This document shows, piece by piece, positions 44,722 to 55,600 of a stretch of 64,000 bases of DNA. This stretch comes from Patescibacteria group bacterium (GTDB taxonomy: Bacteria; Patescibacteriota; Minisyncoccia; Phycocordibacterales; JACOZG01). Numbering within the stretch: the first letter of the stretch is position 1; the number at the start of each line of letters is the position of its first letter. The stretch spans positions 9,205-73,204 of the forward strand of contig JBBTTC010000003.1 in NCBI GenBank assembly GCA_038064435.1. Reading direction: 5' to 3'. The translations under genes and the position numbers were made by a program. The notes beneath the pieces are model-generated. The model was given only the letters and a program-made list of their open reading frames with translations. It searched no databases and had not been told where the DNA came from.

Positions 44722-45883
44722 GATCAGCTCGATGGCGGAAGAAAAGCTTTTGGCCATCAGTACTAATTAGTAAATCAATCATATCTAAATTGCTGGTCGC
44801 GGTTGGCAAAGACAGTAAGTCGGATGCGCCGGTGATGGCATCAACCGACCACACTTGATCGCTGGTGGTGAGGTCGCCGCGGTGCCAATCACCGAGTGGC
44901 CAACGGTCCGGCACAGCACAAATTAGGCCGGCGGAATTATTTTGCCAGCGGCATTTTGGTGGAATGGTGGCAATGGCCAGAACTGAAGTGGTTTGTTTTT
45001 TGAGGTCGTAAATATAGGTGACCGGACCCTGGCCCGAATTCTGGCTGTAGATAATTTTTTCTCCATCCGGACTGATTAGGGTCTCTAGGCCGCGGATGTT
45101 GCGCAAAATGGGACGCAGTTCTTTGGTCGTTGGGTTTAGAAAATAAAGAAAGCCGTTCAAATTGCTAGCTGGTTTGGTGGTGAGGGCAATAATTTTCTCG
45201 GTTGGCCAGTCTACCAACCAGTCGTCAAGTGGCGAAGAGAAAAGCGTTTGACCGTCATTTTGGTCCGCCGGCCACTTGGTTGCTACACCCTCGGTTCCAG
45301 TTGTGCCAGACTGGAGAAAAAAAGCCTTATCGCCGGCAAAGGTCCAGTTAGTGACGTTGTTGCCAAGACGAACGGGTTCGCGCGCCGCCTCGTTCCGATC
45401 TAGCGGCCAAGCGGCCAGCCAGGCGCTCGTGCCCGTTTCGGTGTGTTGACGCATAAAGAGACGCAATTCGTTGGATGTGGTTTGCCAGACTGTTTGTTGA
45501 ATGCCGGGGAGAGTGAAATTTGATAAACGTTCCGGCTGGCCATCTGGGTTGAGAGTATAAACGTGGCCCGTGGCGCTCTCTTGGTAAAAAATTTGTTGGC
45601 CCATGGCGGTAAAACCACTAATAGGGCCAGAAATCAATTGCTGGGGTCGACTATTGTCGTCGGAAATTGGTTCGGTTGAATCACCGATGATTGGTGTTGG
45701 CGCAAATGCTTCGGGCTCGGCAATGTTTCCACTAGAATCGATCGGAAAGGCGTCACTGACCGTTTCGTCCTCTGGTGAGTTGGCTGATGGTGACGATGAA
45801 TTGTTGCCGCCCAGCCACCAGATTACACCGAGAGCCGCTAGTGGCAAAAGAATCAGTACGCCAACAATAATTTTTTTATTCAT
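44675..45883 (-). CDS. Secreted beta-propeller (TolB/PD40-like repeats) protein; first gene of T4SS-like cluster by position
   Basis: Signal peptide MNKKIIVGVLILLPLAALGVIW; repeated ISPDGEKIIYS / STDGQKLFF PD40-like motifs. Confidence 0.45.
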   Translation of the reverse strand: MNKKIIVGVLILLPLAALGVIWWLGGNNSSSPSANSPEDETVSDAFPIDSSGNIAEPEAFAPTPIIGDSTEPISDDNSRPQQLISGPISGFTAMGQQIFYQESATGHVYTLNPDGQPERLSNFTLPGIQQTVWQTTSNELRLFMRQHTETGTSAWLAAWPLDRNEAAREPVRLGNNVTNWTFAGDKAFFLQSGTTGTEGVATKWPADQNDGQTLFSSPLDDWLVDWPTEKIIALTTKPASNLNGFLYFLNPTTKELRPILRNIRGLETLISPDGEKIIYSQNSGQGPVTYIYDLKKQTTSVLAIATIPPKCRWQNNSAGLICAVPDRWPLGDWHRGDLTTSDQVWSVDAITGASDLLSLPTATSNLDMIDLLISTDGQKLFFRHRADLSLWSLPLKAPSSAS

Positions 45884-46314
45884 TTGCCAGATGTTAGATC
45901 GGGGAAGCTCAAATTTACCAAATCAGGATTGATTTCGTACAAAATCAAATAAGCGGCCAGGGCGAGCAAGAGGCCCAGCACAATGCCGGACATGCGGCCT
46001 TTAACATCAGCTTTGACCCCGGGTAAGCCACTGGCGGCATAGCGCACTCCCTCCAGTACCAGCATGACGATGGCGGCCACAATGGTGAAGCTGATCAGCA
46101 CCTTAAACAGACCCTTAAGGTAATCAGTTAAGTTGCTGGCTTGATCGAGGCTGGCAAAGCCGCTGTTGGCATTAGACAGGGCATCATTGGTCGGTGGTTG
46201 ATTATTCGTCGTGCCGAGAGGGACAACGCCGGTGTCATTGGCTGTAACGATGGTGGTGCCCAGGACACCGAACAGAACAATCATTAGAATGACCAACAAT
46301 AGCTTATTAATCAT
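45880..46314 (-). CDS. Small signal-peptide + two-helix membrane protein; VirB2/TrbC-like pilin candidate
   Basis: 144 aa; signal/TM, polar linker, then two hydrophobic helices (LISFTIVAAIVMLVLEGV; IVLGLLLALAAYLILY). Confidence 0.35.
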   Translation of the reverse strand: MINKLLLVILMIVLFGVLGTTIVTANDTGVVPLGTTNNQPPTNDALSNANSGFASLDQASNLTDYLKGLFKVLISFTIVAAIVMLVLEGVRYAASGLPGVKADVKGRMSGIVLGLLLALAAYLILYEINPDLVNLSFPDLTSGK

Positions 46315-47020
46315 AATGCAGAGCGATTTTTTTCTCGGCGGCCTGACGAATGGCCGCGGGATTTTTTACCGCCAAATTAATCTCGGTTTGATCAAATGGC
46401 CCAGCGGCCTCAAAGATCATTAGCCGGCCGCCCCAAAACGGCGAACTGACCACTTGTTTATGGCCGTCTTGCGTTACCGTCCAGTTATAGACCAGCTGAT
46501 TCAGGGCGGAGCGAGAAAAATTAAAAGGTTCGGCCAAGATTGATAGCGACGATTGATCAAGCCGTAAGGAAGAAGCTAGTGCCTGCTGGTAATGTGGTCC
46601 AACGAGGGGCGCGCTGGCGTAAAAAATAACTTGCGGTAAAACTAGATTGATATCAACTCGGGCATCAGTGAGCCGCCGGCCACCTTGATCACTGATGGTA
46701 ACTTTGATTTGGTGACGAGCTAAAGACGGAGCAGTTTGGAAAGTGAGATTGGAGCGGCCACGGCCGGAGAGGGCCGGCAGAGATTTGCCATCCTTTTGCC
46801 AATTAAAATTAAGGTTTGCGCTACCGCCGCTCACCATGGCCACCACCCTCACTTCGCTGCCCGGTACGGCCTGGCTGTGCCCACGGTAAAATGGTGGTTG
46901 ATAGGTCTCGGCCGACCAGAGCAGGTCAACAGTTAAATTACTGCGTTGGGCAAGCGCTGGGGTGGTGACACCGAGCGCCAAACCAATAATTATTAGATTA
47001 ATAATCTTCATTATTGCCAC
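46307..47020 (-). CDS. Secreted hypothetical protein (T4SS-like cluster)
   Basis: 237 aa, signal peptide MAIMKIINLIIIGLALGVTTPALA. Confidence 0.4.
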   Translation of the reverse strand: MAIMKIINLIIIGLALGVTTPALAQRSNLTVDLLWSAETYQPPFYRGHSQAVPGSEVRVVAMVSGGSANLNFNWQKDGKSLPALSGRGRSNLTFQTAPSLARHQIKVTISDQGGRRLTDARVDINLVLPQVIFYASAPLVGPHYQQALASSLRLDQSSLSILAEPFNFSRSALNQLVYNWTVTQDGHKQVVSSPFWGGRLMIFEAAGPFDQTEINLAVKNPAAIRQAAEKKIALHYD

Positions 47021-47348
47021 GAACGATTTTTTCAGCTTTTTGACTAAGCAGGGTGGTAGCTATCGCAATGGTCCAGCCCGGGAGGATGTTTAAAAACGGC
47101 ACGGCTTCGATGAGGGCGGCCACCGCTAGGGTGGCTTGCCGTTTAAATTGCCTTTGCACTATTCCCGACCAGCCACTGACCAGTATAAACCAGACAAAAA
47201 AAGTTAACCACGCTATCACGTCAATCGGAATGGTAAAGAGCGCGCCCGCTCCAGTTAAGCTTAATAAAAATTGAATGGCGTCAAAACATAAAGCCACGGC
47301 CACCATGGCGGCTTTGATAACAAAATTAATGTCGCGCGGTTTGCTCAT
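46998..47348 (-). CDS. Small polytopic membrane protein (T4SS-like cluster)
   Basis: 116 aa, 3-4 TM helices; overlaps neighbours. Confidence 0.4.
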   Translation of the reverse strand: MSKPRDINFVIKAAMVAVALCFDAIQFLLSLTGAGALFTIPIDVIAWLTFFVWFILVSGWSGIVQRQFKRQATLAVAALIEAVPFLNILPGWTIAIATTLLSQKAEKIVRGNNEDY

Positions 47349-49188
47349 TGTTGCTGGCCTGGTTTAGGTCTTGGCGAGCTTTTTTTATAGCCAGAATCTG
47401 CGACGGGTCGGAGGTAATGATTTGGTCTTCGGTGTATGAAGCAATGATCTTCATGGCCACATGTTTGAGACCAGCAAAGAAAATTCCTTCGCCGACCGCC
47501 GACTCAAGCAGGAGATATTTTTCCTCATCGGTGAGCTGGAAAGTTTTTTGCACTAAGTCGATGGAGGCCGGTGATTGCTTGAGGAGCAATTGCAAAGACG
47601 AGTTGGTAATGATGGGCAAGCCGTAATCGGAGCGCAAGAAGTCACCCACATCTTGAGTGATGGTGGCCACGCCTAAATAATATTTGCGGCCGCGTTTAAC
47701 GAGCGAGAAAAGGAACGAAGCTGTGTCTTTGGACTTCATCATCCACCAAGCCTCATCAATTACCAACAGGCGTTTCTTGAGTGTGCGGCGGATGGCGTTC
47801 CAAATGTTGTGCATAACAATGTACATAGCCACCGGCTTGAGTTCATCTTCCATGTCGCGCACCGAGAAAACCACAAACTTTTTGTTAATGTCGACATTGG
47901 TTGGCCGGTTGAGAAAATTTGCCCAAGTGCCTTGGGTATATTTGAGCAAGCGTTGCGCCAGCGAAGCACCACCCTCCATGCCAGCCAAGACCAGCTCTAG
48001 GTCGGAGAGTAGGGGCGCCGGCTTGTGGCCAAAGTCGGTGTCGGCGGTGATATCTTTTAGAGCGTAAGTTTCGGTAATGGCGCTGTCGATAATGGCATCC
48101 TCTTCCGTCGTTAGTCCGCCCAACATGATGCGAAACAGTCCGACTAGGTTGATGATGTGTGAGCGCAAAACATCGGCCGGCGATTCGTCCTCGCGAGGAA
48201 AAGGTAAATCAAACGGATTGATGTGATGCTCGGAGGTGAGGGAAATATTAAAATAACGTCCGCCTACCGCCTCGGCCAAAAACTCGTATTCCCGCTCCGG
48301 GTCGATGACGATCACGTCAGTGTCGAACATCAAGCTACGCAAAATTTCTAGCTTGGTGGTGTAGGATTTGCCGGCGCCAGACTTGGCAAAAATCACCGAG
48401 TTGTAATTTTCTAGCGAGAAGCGATCAAAGAGCACTAGACTGGAATTGTGGCGATTGATGCCATAGAGAATACCGCGATTGGACGTTAGGTCAAAAGAAA
48501 CAAAGGGAAATAAGCTCGAGAGCGGCGCCGAATTGAGCTTGTAGTTAATTTTTAGCAAGTCATTGGCCGCTGGCAAAACGCTTTTAAAACCCTCGGCTTG
48601 TTGAAACAAAGCCGGCTTGAGATAAACCAGCTTGGCGTCAAGAATAGATTTAATTTCCGCCTCGGCGCGGTCAAGCTCGTCGTCGCTTTGGCCGTAGATA
48701 GTGATGTACAGGCCAACATCAAAAATGCGCTCGCGCGCTTGCTGGAGTGAGTCGCGGAGTTTCTCGATGTCTTCGTGGGCGGTGTCGAGCACCGGATCGC
48801 GCACCATCCCCCGTTCTTCCTTCAGACTAATTTGGCTTTGCACCTCGGCCACCTTTTTTTCCAACTGGCGCAGGGCGATGGTGGTGTCGATCGGGTGAAT
48901 AAAAATGGAAACGTCAAAAACCTTGTCCAAATTAATGACGGGTGAAAACCAATCATCAGTTAGAAACCGCGGATAAGAAATAACAAAAAAGGTGCGAGCT
49001 AGCTTATCGCCGAGATGGAGACGGCGGGGTGTGATCTCCAGAGCCGATGGCGCGACAATATCTTTGAGCTCTAGGACGCCCAATTGGTAAATATCTTTGG
49101 GTAGAATTGGTGTGAGATTGCCGGCCGATGTGGTTTTTGCTTTCGAGAAGATCGCCATGTTAAACGGCCGTGGGCGCGGCGACCTCAC
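47326..49188 (-). CDS. virB4: VirB4/TrbE/PrgJ-family T4SS ATPase, ATPase portion
   Basis: Walker A VIFAKSGAGKSYTTK, VIVIDPEREY, Walker B LLVIDEAWWMM, TQDVGDF. Confidence 0.8.
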   Translation of the reverse strand: MRSPRPRPFNMAIFSKAKTTSAGNLTPILPKDIYQLGVLELKDIVAPSALEITPRRLHLGDKLARTFFVISYPRFLTDDWFSPVINLDKVFDVSIFIHPIDTTIALRQLEKKVAEVQSQISLKEERGMVRDPVLDTAHEDIEKLRDSLQQARERIFDVGLYITIYGQSDDELDRAEAEIKSILDAKLVYLKPALFQQAEGFKSVLPAANDLLKINYKLNSAPLSSLFPFVSFDLTSNRGILYGINRHNSSLVLFDRFSLENYNSVIFAKSGAGKSYTTKLEILRSLMFDTDVIVIDPEREYEFLAEAVGGRYFNISLTSEHHINPFDLPFPREDESPADVLRSHIINLVGLFRIMLGGLTTEEDAIIDSAITETYALKDITADTDFGHKPAPLLSDLELVLAGMEGGASLAQRLLKYTQGTWANFLNRPTNVDINKKFVVFSVRDMEDELKPVAMYIVMHNIWNAIRRTLKKRLLVIDEAWWMMKSKDTASFLFSLVKRGRKYYLGVATITQDVGDFLRSDYGLPIITNSSLQLLLKQSPASIDLVQKTFQLTDEEKYLLLESAVGEGIFFAGLKHVAMKIIASYTEDQIITSDPSQILAIKKARQDLNQASNNEQTARH

Positions 49189-49801
49189 CCGGGTTAAACA
49201 TTTTGAAATAAATCTCGACCAGTTCTTCCGTACCCAAAGTGGCTACTCGCACGCCAAAGCGGCTTAGGCCTTGGTTCACCACTCCCACCCGCTGTTCCAG
49301 CTGTGATCGCCGTTCGTCAAATTGATCTGTTGGGCCGCCCGTCGCGGCAGATCCCCTTTTGTTGAGTATTCGTCCTAGCCAACCACTTTTGACCGGCATG
49401 ATGGGCGGGTCATATGGTACGACCACGAAGAAGTTTTTGGTCATGATGTCGGTGGAGTCGGTAAAGTTTTTAATGAACTCGACGTACTCGCGAGTTTGGA
49501 TCTTGATCAGGTCATTAACCTGATCCTTGCCTAGGCCTTCCAGCATGGCGATGTAGGGCTTGATGTCGAGCTGGCGGGACTGAATAAAGAGTTGAATATG
49601 AAAATCGAGAGAATTGAGAAAATTTTGGTATTGAAAAATGATCGCCTCCTTCTCTTCCTCCGACTTGAGGGCGAAGTTAAGAGATGAGGCGATCAAAATT
49701 ATGCGCAGGCCACCGTTTTTTAAAACGACGACACCATCGCGGATCTCGGCGATCTCGACAAAATCTTGAGTGGGTCTACTTTCTACCGCCATGTTCCACA
49801 A
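49160..49801 (-). CDS. VirB4-family N-terminal domain as separate ORF (overlaps ATPase ORF by 29 nt in a different frame)
   Basis: FVEIAEIRDGVVVLKNGGLRIILIASSLNFALKSEEEKEAIIFQYQNFLNSL resembles VirB4/TraE N-terminal (CagE_TrbE_VirB) region. Confidence 0.55.
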   Translation of the reverse strand: MWNMAVESRPTQDFVEIAEIRDGVVVLKNGGLRIILIASSLNFALKSEEEKEAIIFQYQNFLNSLDFHIQLFIQSRQLDIKPYIAMLEGLGKDQVNDLIKIQTREYVEFIKNFTDSTDIMTKNFFVVVPYDPPIMPVKSGWLGRILNKRGSAATGGPTDQFDERRSQLEQRVGVVNQGLSRFGVRVATLGTEELVEIYFKMFNPGEVAAPTAV

Positions 49802-49830
49802 ATTGTAACATGACTGGCCACTTTTAAGAA

Positions 49831-50232
49831 TCAGTTAATCTTTTCGCGAACATCGAGACTCCAAGATAGATCTTTGAGTTTGCTTTGCGACAGCTTGGGG
49901 ATCAGCACTGGCCGTTCGGCGTTGACGAGCGCCTCGGCGGTGACGATTTTTTTGTCCGTTTTTTTCCATAGATATAGTTTGTGGTTGGCTAAATAGCGTG
50001 TGGCGGCCTCGGCCAAAAAGATCAAGGGTCGATTGTTGACTTTGTAAAAAGCCAAACCGAGGGCGCTGACGGCGATGGCCATCATGGGGATAACGGCTAA
50101 ATAAAACGGCAAGTAAGCGTAAGCGAGAAAAGCTCCGCCGGCTCCGCCGGCCAAGTAGACGAACTGCTTGAAGGTTAGCGGCCCGAAAATCTTATCTTCA
50201 ACTTCAATAAATTGTGGGACTTGGAAGTTCAT
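49831..50232 (-). CDS. PrgI-family / VirB3-like small membrane protein
   Basis: MNFQVPQFIEVEDKIFGPLTFKQFVYLAGG N-terminus followed by two TM helices; immediately upstream of VirB4 as in Gram-positive T4SS. Confidence 0.6.
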   Translation of the reverse strand: MNFQVPQFIEVEDKIFGPLTFKQFVYLAGGAGGAFLAYAYLPFYLAVIPMMAIAVSALGLAFYKVNNRPLIFLAEAATRYLANHKLYLWKKTDKKIVTAEALVNAERPVLIPKLSQSKLKDLSWSLDVREKIN

Positions 50233-50705
50233 TTAATGTTGGGATCAACTGATTCGTGGTAGGGGTCGGGCAGATCCACTTCTTCGCGCGGCAAACGGAA
50301 GAGCTTAGACATTTTTTCTTCAAACACGCCGGCTTGGCCGGCCGGAGCTTTGGCGGCGGCGGGCCCGGGCGCGACGGGCGGTGGCGGCACAACGTGGAGT
50401 TTTTTCAGCGACTCTTGAATTTGGGCAAAAATCAGACTATTAACGTCGGCAGTGATGGTGGCCACCACCGCCGGCGCGAGGCCAAGGTCACGCGCCACGT
50501 CGGCACCGTAGGTGGCTAGTGGTTCCAAGCCCATCATTACTAAGGCTGTGCGATCAGCCAAGAGACCAAGCTGATCCAGATGTAGATGATGCTTGAGGCC
50601 GATCTCGCCCAAAGCACCGGCCAAATCCAGCTCGGCAATGGCCTCCTTAACATCCTCCGGCAATCCACTAAACGCTTTAGCTAATTGTTCATTGGTGTGT
50701 TCCAT
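50229..50705 (-). CDS. Hypothetical protein (T4SS-like cluster)
   Basis: 158 aa, Pro/Ala-rich segment. Confidence 0.35.
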   Translation of the reverse strand: MEHTNEQLAKAFSGLPEDVKEAIAELDLAGALGEIGLKHHLHLDQLGLLADRTALVMMGLEPLATYGADVARDLGLAPAVVATITADVNSLIFAQIQESLKKLHVVPPPPVAPGPAAAKAPAGQAGVFEEKMSKLFRLPREEVDLPDPYHESVDPNIK

Positions 50706-50707
50706 GA

Positions 50708-52633
50708 TTAGGTAGTTGGCGTTGGAGGAGCGGGTGGTGATGTTTGGGCGGGTTTTCTCATGCTGTCGAGGCGTTCTTCTAGGGTGGCAATCTTAGTGGC
50801 AATGTCTCTCGCTGCTGGAGATGTTGGGTCAGAGGTTTCCTCTAGTTCTTTTTTAAGACCGTCGATAATCTCGCCCAATTTTTTGGCATCGACTTTTTTA
50901 TCTCTAATTCTTTTCATGTTGATCCGTTCTTCTTCTGGCAGCGCAACCTCAAATCTCCTAATTACTGTTCCCAAGTGTTGGTTTTTAGCGTCGATCTTTA
51001 GAGCCCCAGTTTCTCTCTCTTTCATTATTTCCTCTTCCTGTTTCAGTTCTTCCTGTTTCTGGGCCATTTTTTGGATGTCTGCTTCGTTCCGGCTGATTGA
51101 TAGATCGTCTATTTCTTTCTTTATTTTATCAATCTTGCGCAAAGAAATTTGATCAGTGGAATGCATCCCAATTCGATCGGCATCAACATCGGACTTTATA
51201 TATTTTTCCACACCTTCTCTAAGTTTAACGCGTTGTTCCGCTGACATTCTGGCGTAGATTTTTTCCGCTGCCTGTGGGTGAAGACGACGGATTGAGTCAA
51301 TGTATTGGGCCAGTTTAACCGGATCATCCTTAAATTCGTCAGCTTGCTTTACCAGCCGATCAACTTTTTGGTCGTATCCTTCTTTGGAACCAAACCCGGC
51401 CTTGGCAACCGAACCAATAGTGTTTTTTAAAGCGAATCCAGCCAATGGGTGTTTGGCCATTTGATCTTTCACCCACTCACTTTCGCCGGCCTTGCGGGCC
51501 AGGCGTCCAATGGTTTCGCGGCCCATTAGGCCAGTGAGGCCGTAGCCGGCCTGTTTGCTCTTTTTGCTCAACCAATTCGAAGCCGTACCGGCCATTTTTT
51601 CTCCCAGACTATTGGCAATAATCAACGAGCCCAGCATCATGGCGATAGCAATGGCAAAATAAATCGAAACAGCAAAGACCCCGGAATCATTTTCGGCTAG
51701 CACGGTTAGGGTGTTGGAACCGAGCAGGTAGAGAGTAAAATAAACGCATAAAAGGTATAGTGGCGCGTAAATAGATTGGCTAAATAGTTTATCTTTCCAC
51801 TGATCAAAATACTTATTTAAGCCGGGTGCGGCGTAAGACAAGAAAGCCAGTGGAGACAGGATTATTAGGGCAATCAAAATAATGCCGCGTTTTAATAATA
51901 AGATTGCACCGACGGCAAAAACGAAAACAGCGAGCAGAATCATAATGGTCGCGCCAGAGGTGGCCGCCAGGGCTTGGGCTGGACTACCGCCGGAGTTGGC
52001 AAATTGTTCTTGTAAATCTAGGCGGGCCATAAACATATCGGTCAACCCTTTGGTTTTATTGGGATTATTTTGGTCTCGGCCAATAATTTGTGAATAAATT
52101 TGTTTAGACGCCAAATTGGTTATTCGGATCGCCTCTTTGGCAATCACGCCGCTAAAGTTGATCAGTAGGGCGATCACAATGACGTTAACCAGCAGCTTTT
52201 TTTCACCGCCGCCAATATTGAGGATCATCCTGATGGCGATGTATAAAATGATAAAAATAAAAAACAGGTTGCTGATGTCGCGCAGGGCTCGCCAGGTTTC
52301 GGTGACCCCGGGACCGTTGGCATATTGATCAAAATTAACAACCGCGAAATTGAGTGAGGCATCAAATCCCCACCCAGCTAGTTTTAGAAATTGCCCAGTT
52401 AGCCAAAGAATTTTGTCGCCAACAAAAAGAATTACCGTTTCTGCGGCTTTAGCCACCCATCCTTGATTTTCTGCCACGGCCTTAGCCTCTTCGGCTTCTA
52501 GTATTGGAGTGGCCGGCTGGTAATAGTCAGGAGCAATTACGGTGTTGAACGGCTCCTGCGCCTGTGTGGTGAATGGCAGAACGGCTGAAATCGCTAGTGT
52601 TAAGATGGGTATCAGTGAAACAATTTTTTTCAT
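50708..52633 (-). CDS. VirB6/TrbL-like polytopic membrane protein with C-terminal coiled-coil
   Basis: 641 aa; signal peptide, at least 6 TM helices in first 400 aa, then charged coiled-coil and PAPPTPTT tail. Confidence 0.5.
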   Translation of the reverse strand: MKKIVSLIPILTLAISAVLPFTTQAQEPFNTVIAPDYYQPATPILEAEEAKAVAENQGWVAKAAETVILFVGDKILWLTGQFLKLAGWGFDASLNFAVVNFDQYANGPGVTETWRALRDISNLFFIFIILYIAIRMILNIGGGEKKLLVNVIVIALLINFSGVIAKEAIRITNLASKQIYSQIIGRDQNNPNKTKGLTDMFMARLDLQEQFANSGGSPAQALAATSGATIMILLAVFVFAVGAILLLKRGIILIALIILSPLAFLSYAAPGLNKYFDQWKDKLFSQSIYAPLYLLCVYFTLYLLGSNTLTVLAENDSGVFAVSIYFAIAIAMMLGSLIIANSLGEKMAGTASNWLSKKSKQAGYGLTGLMGRETIGRLARKAGESEWVKDQMAKHPLAGFALKNTIGSVAKAGFGSKEGYDQKVDRLVKQADEFKDDPVKLAQYIDSIRRLHPQAAEKIYARMSAEQRVKLREGVEKYIKSDVDADRIGMHSTDQISLRKIDKIKKEIDDLSISRNEADIQKMAQKQEELKQEEEIMKERETGALKIDAKNQHLGTVIRRFEVALPEEERINMKRIRDKKVDAKKLGEIIDGLKKELEETSDPTSPAARDIATKIATLEERLDSMRKPAQTSPPAPPTPTT

Positions 52634-52636
52634 AAT

Positions 52637-55600
52637 CTAGCGTGTGATATTCACCTCTTTAATCACCTCCTCGCCCGAGCGCGCGGTGCAGCGGAGTTGA
52701 TAATTAAGCCGCGGCTTGATTAGCAGTTGGCCGTCATCACCACTGGATTGGTAATAAAATTCATAGGCGTTTAATCGTTGGGCGAGAGCGGTGGTGCCGG
52801 TCTGGAGCGCCTCAATTCTCTGACGAAACAGATCCACCACGCGAGTGGCTGTTGGCGGATTAATCTGTCCCCGTCCGCCGACAACGATCGATATTGGTCC
52901 ATTTTGATCGGCGATTACTAGACGGTATTGATCGTCAATGCCGATCGAGCCGGTGATAGCTGGGTTTATTTGTCGTCCATTCGCGAGCATCTTTGGGTCG
53001 GTAATCGCCATCGCCGGTAGATTAATCGTTAATTTATTGGCAACACGCACCGCCGTGATGGATGGTAACTGAATGGGGTGGCGAATAGGTTTTTCGCCAA
53101 TTAGTGACACCGCGTCGCCAGTGGCCAATGACTCGTTCCCTTTTCGTGCTCCCCACCAATGATTGAGCGCCGTGCAGGCGTTGGTGCGGGTGGTTTGCCA
53201 AGCAATTGTGCTGATGTTGGCGATAGGATTGATCAGTGCCTGTTCTAAACTTGGTGTTTGGACGCTCATTATCACAGTTGGTGGTACCGAGCCGGTGGGA
53301 GTGCCAGATTCGCTGGGACTGGTCGCTCGATCAAGCAGGAAGTCGATAATAATTTTTATGAGATTTTCCTGCGACATTTGGTCGGTGTTGGAACGTCGAG
53401 GAAGATTGGTAAATTGATCGAGATCGGATAAAATGTCGGTAATCTCGATGTTTAGAACATTCTCCATTTCACTTGGCGCCACGCCGGTGATTCGTTCCGG
53501 TAGATTGGTGGCTAGGTGATCGCTAATGTTGTTGGCAAAGGTTTGATCTATCCCCGGCAGACCAGTTAGGGTGCCGGGCAAGCCGCCCTCGATGCCGCGA
53601 CGAATGTTGTTAGCCGGCAGTTCGCCTAGTTCTGGCGGGGTCACCGGTTGACCCGAGCTTTTTCCCCAGCCGCTTTTGGGGCAGGGCCCCGGCGCTGGGC
53701 ACGGATCCTCGGTTTCAAAAATGCTGTCGCCGGCCGCGTCGTCGTAGGTTTCCAATCCGGTGTCGGACTCCAATCGCAAATTTTTAACTTGTCGCCCGGC
53801 CACGGCCAGCTCGTCAATGATAAAATCTTCGATCGCTTCGTCTCCTTGTTCGGCCTGACGCAGGGGTGAAGTGACTAGTGCTTCGGTGTATTCACCGATT
53901 GTCGATCCTGGCACCAGAGTTCGCCACTTGAGGCAAAAGCCCTTCGAACTTTTTTCCACGCACTCTCGAATTGGCAGGTAGCCTTGACCCTCGGTTCTTT
54001 CTTGTTCGGCAATTTGTCGGGCCCGACTCTTGGCTTGATCCAGATCGTTGCGGACAATGTTTTCTACGCCACGTGGATTGTTTTTGTCCTGGATAATTTT
54101 GAGCCAAGCATCCCAGCCGCCCTCATTCCAATCGCCGACAAAATCGTCAAATTCCTGTTTGGTAAAATCGGAGGCCAGCTTCTCGCCGTAGGTGGCCGTT
54201 TCTTCACGAGCCAAATTTTCGTGAGCAGCGGCCAGATGCGGATACTTGTTGGTGTCTTGAGACAGACTTTCTACTTGTTCGAGAAAACCGCCACTGGCGT
54301 TGGTGATCGCGTCTTCTACATATTGTTCAGAATCGGTAACATAAAGTGGTTGTTTGTTGTCGCCACTGGCTCCGATTACGGCGGCCGGCATCTCGTAGCC
54401 ACGATTTAGGGTCTCACGAATGAATTGATTTTTATGATCATTCAGAGCGCGTGCTGAGGCCTTGCGACTGTCGGAGTCGAGAGCGAATTCTTTTTCTTCA
54501 AAATTTAGTTGGATGCGGCGGATTGATTTGAGGTGGGTGCAAATTTGAATTTGCAAGTCTTTAATTTGCGACGTGAGTTCTTGGGTTTGTTCTTCGATTG
54601 TTTTGATCTGGCCAGTGGTATCGCTGATGTTTTGAGTGGCGTTAAGCAGGCCGCCAGTCTCCACCACCGGCACGGCCAGCGCTGATGCGGCCAGACCGGT
54701 GGGGTCGTTGAGCAAATTGCCCCCGGCCGCCAGTGGGCCGAGAATGCTATTTGGTCCGCCAGCCGAAAAGCCGTTAACCAATTCACTCATATTGCCAAAA
54801 CCGCTTTGCGACATCAGGGTGTCAAAAGTGCCACCGGCATTGGCGACTTGGGCCAAAGTGCCGGGCAATTCGGACAAATTGCCCAGGTCGCCAATGCTAT
54901 TAAAGGCCTGACCAAAACTGTCAAAACCACCAACAATGTCATCCAGCCCAGCCCCGAGCTTACTGGCTTGGCCCAAAACATTGGTCATGTCGCCCAAATT
55001 GTTGATTGAACCGGCCGAGTCGAAAAAGTTTTTAAAGTTACCGAATCCGCCCAAAATATCACCGGCCCCACCCCCCAAATTACCTAATTGGCCGAGCATG
55101 GCTGGCATACTGGATAGTCCTCGAACGTTACCCAAGCCACCGAGCAAGCTGTTAAAACCACCAAAGCCGCCAGTGAGTTGGCCAAAGGTCGCGTTCAGGT
55201 TTTTAAATTGCCCGAAAGCGCCAGCTAAGCTATTTAGATCACCTATTTTCCCAAAGCTACCAATCAATCGGTTGAAACCGCCAGCTCCTCCCAATATGGC
55301 ACTGAAGTTGCCACCCAGATTATTAATCTGACCGAAGGAATTAGCCAAGCCCATTAAATCGCCGGTACCATTAATCTGGACCAGCAGGTTGCGCAGACCA
55401 TTTGAGCCGCCGAGTACAACATCGAAACGGCCACCCAGATTTTGCACTTGGCCAAAAACTTCAGCGAGACCACTCACATTTTGAATACGAGTTAGATCAG
55501 AAACGGTTTGAAAACTGGCAGATACTTGCCCCAGATTACCGCCCATCGCTTCGATTTCACCAACAAAACTAGTCAAGTCCCGAGAAAATCCGTTCTGTGT

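Noticed and set aside
54936-55331. +strand 131-aa Pro/Lys-rich ORF
   Set aside because: It is antisense to the Gly-rich repeat region of the giant secreted protein; Gly codons (GGN) read as Pro (CCN) on the opposite strand.
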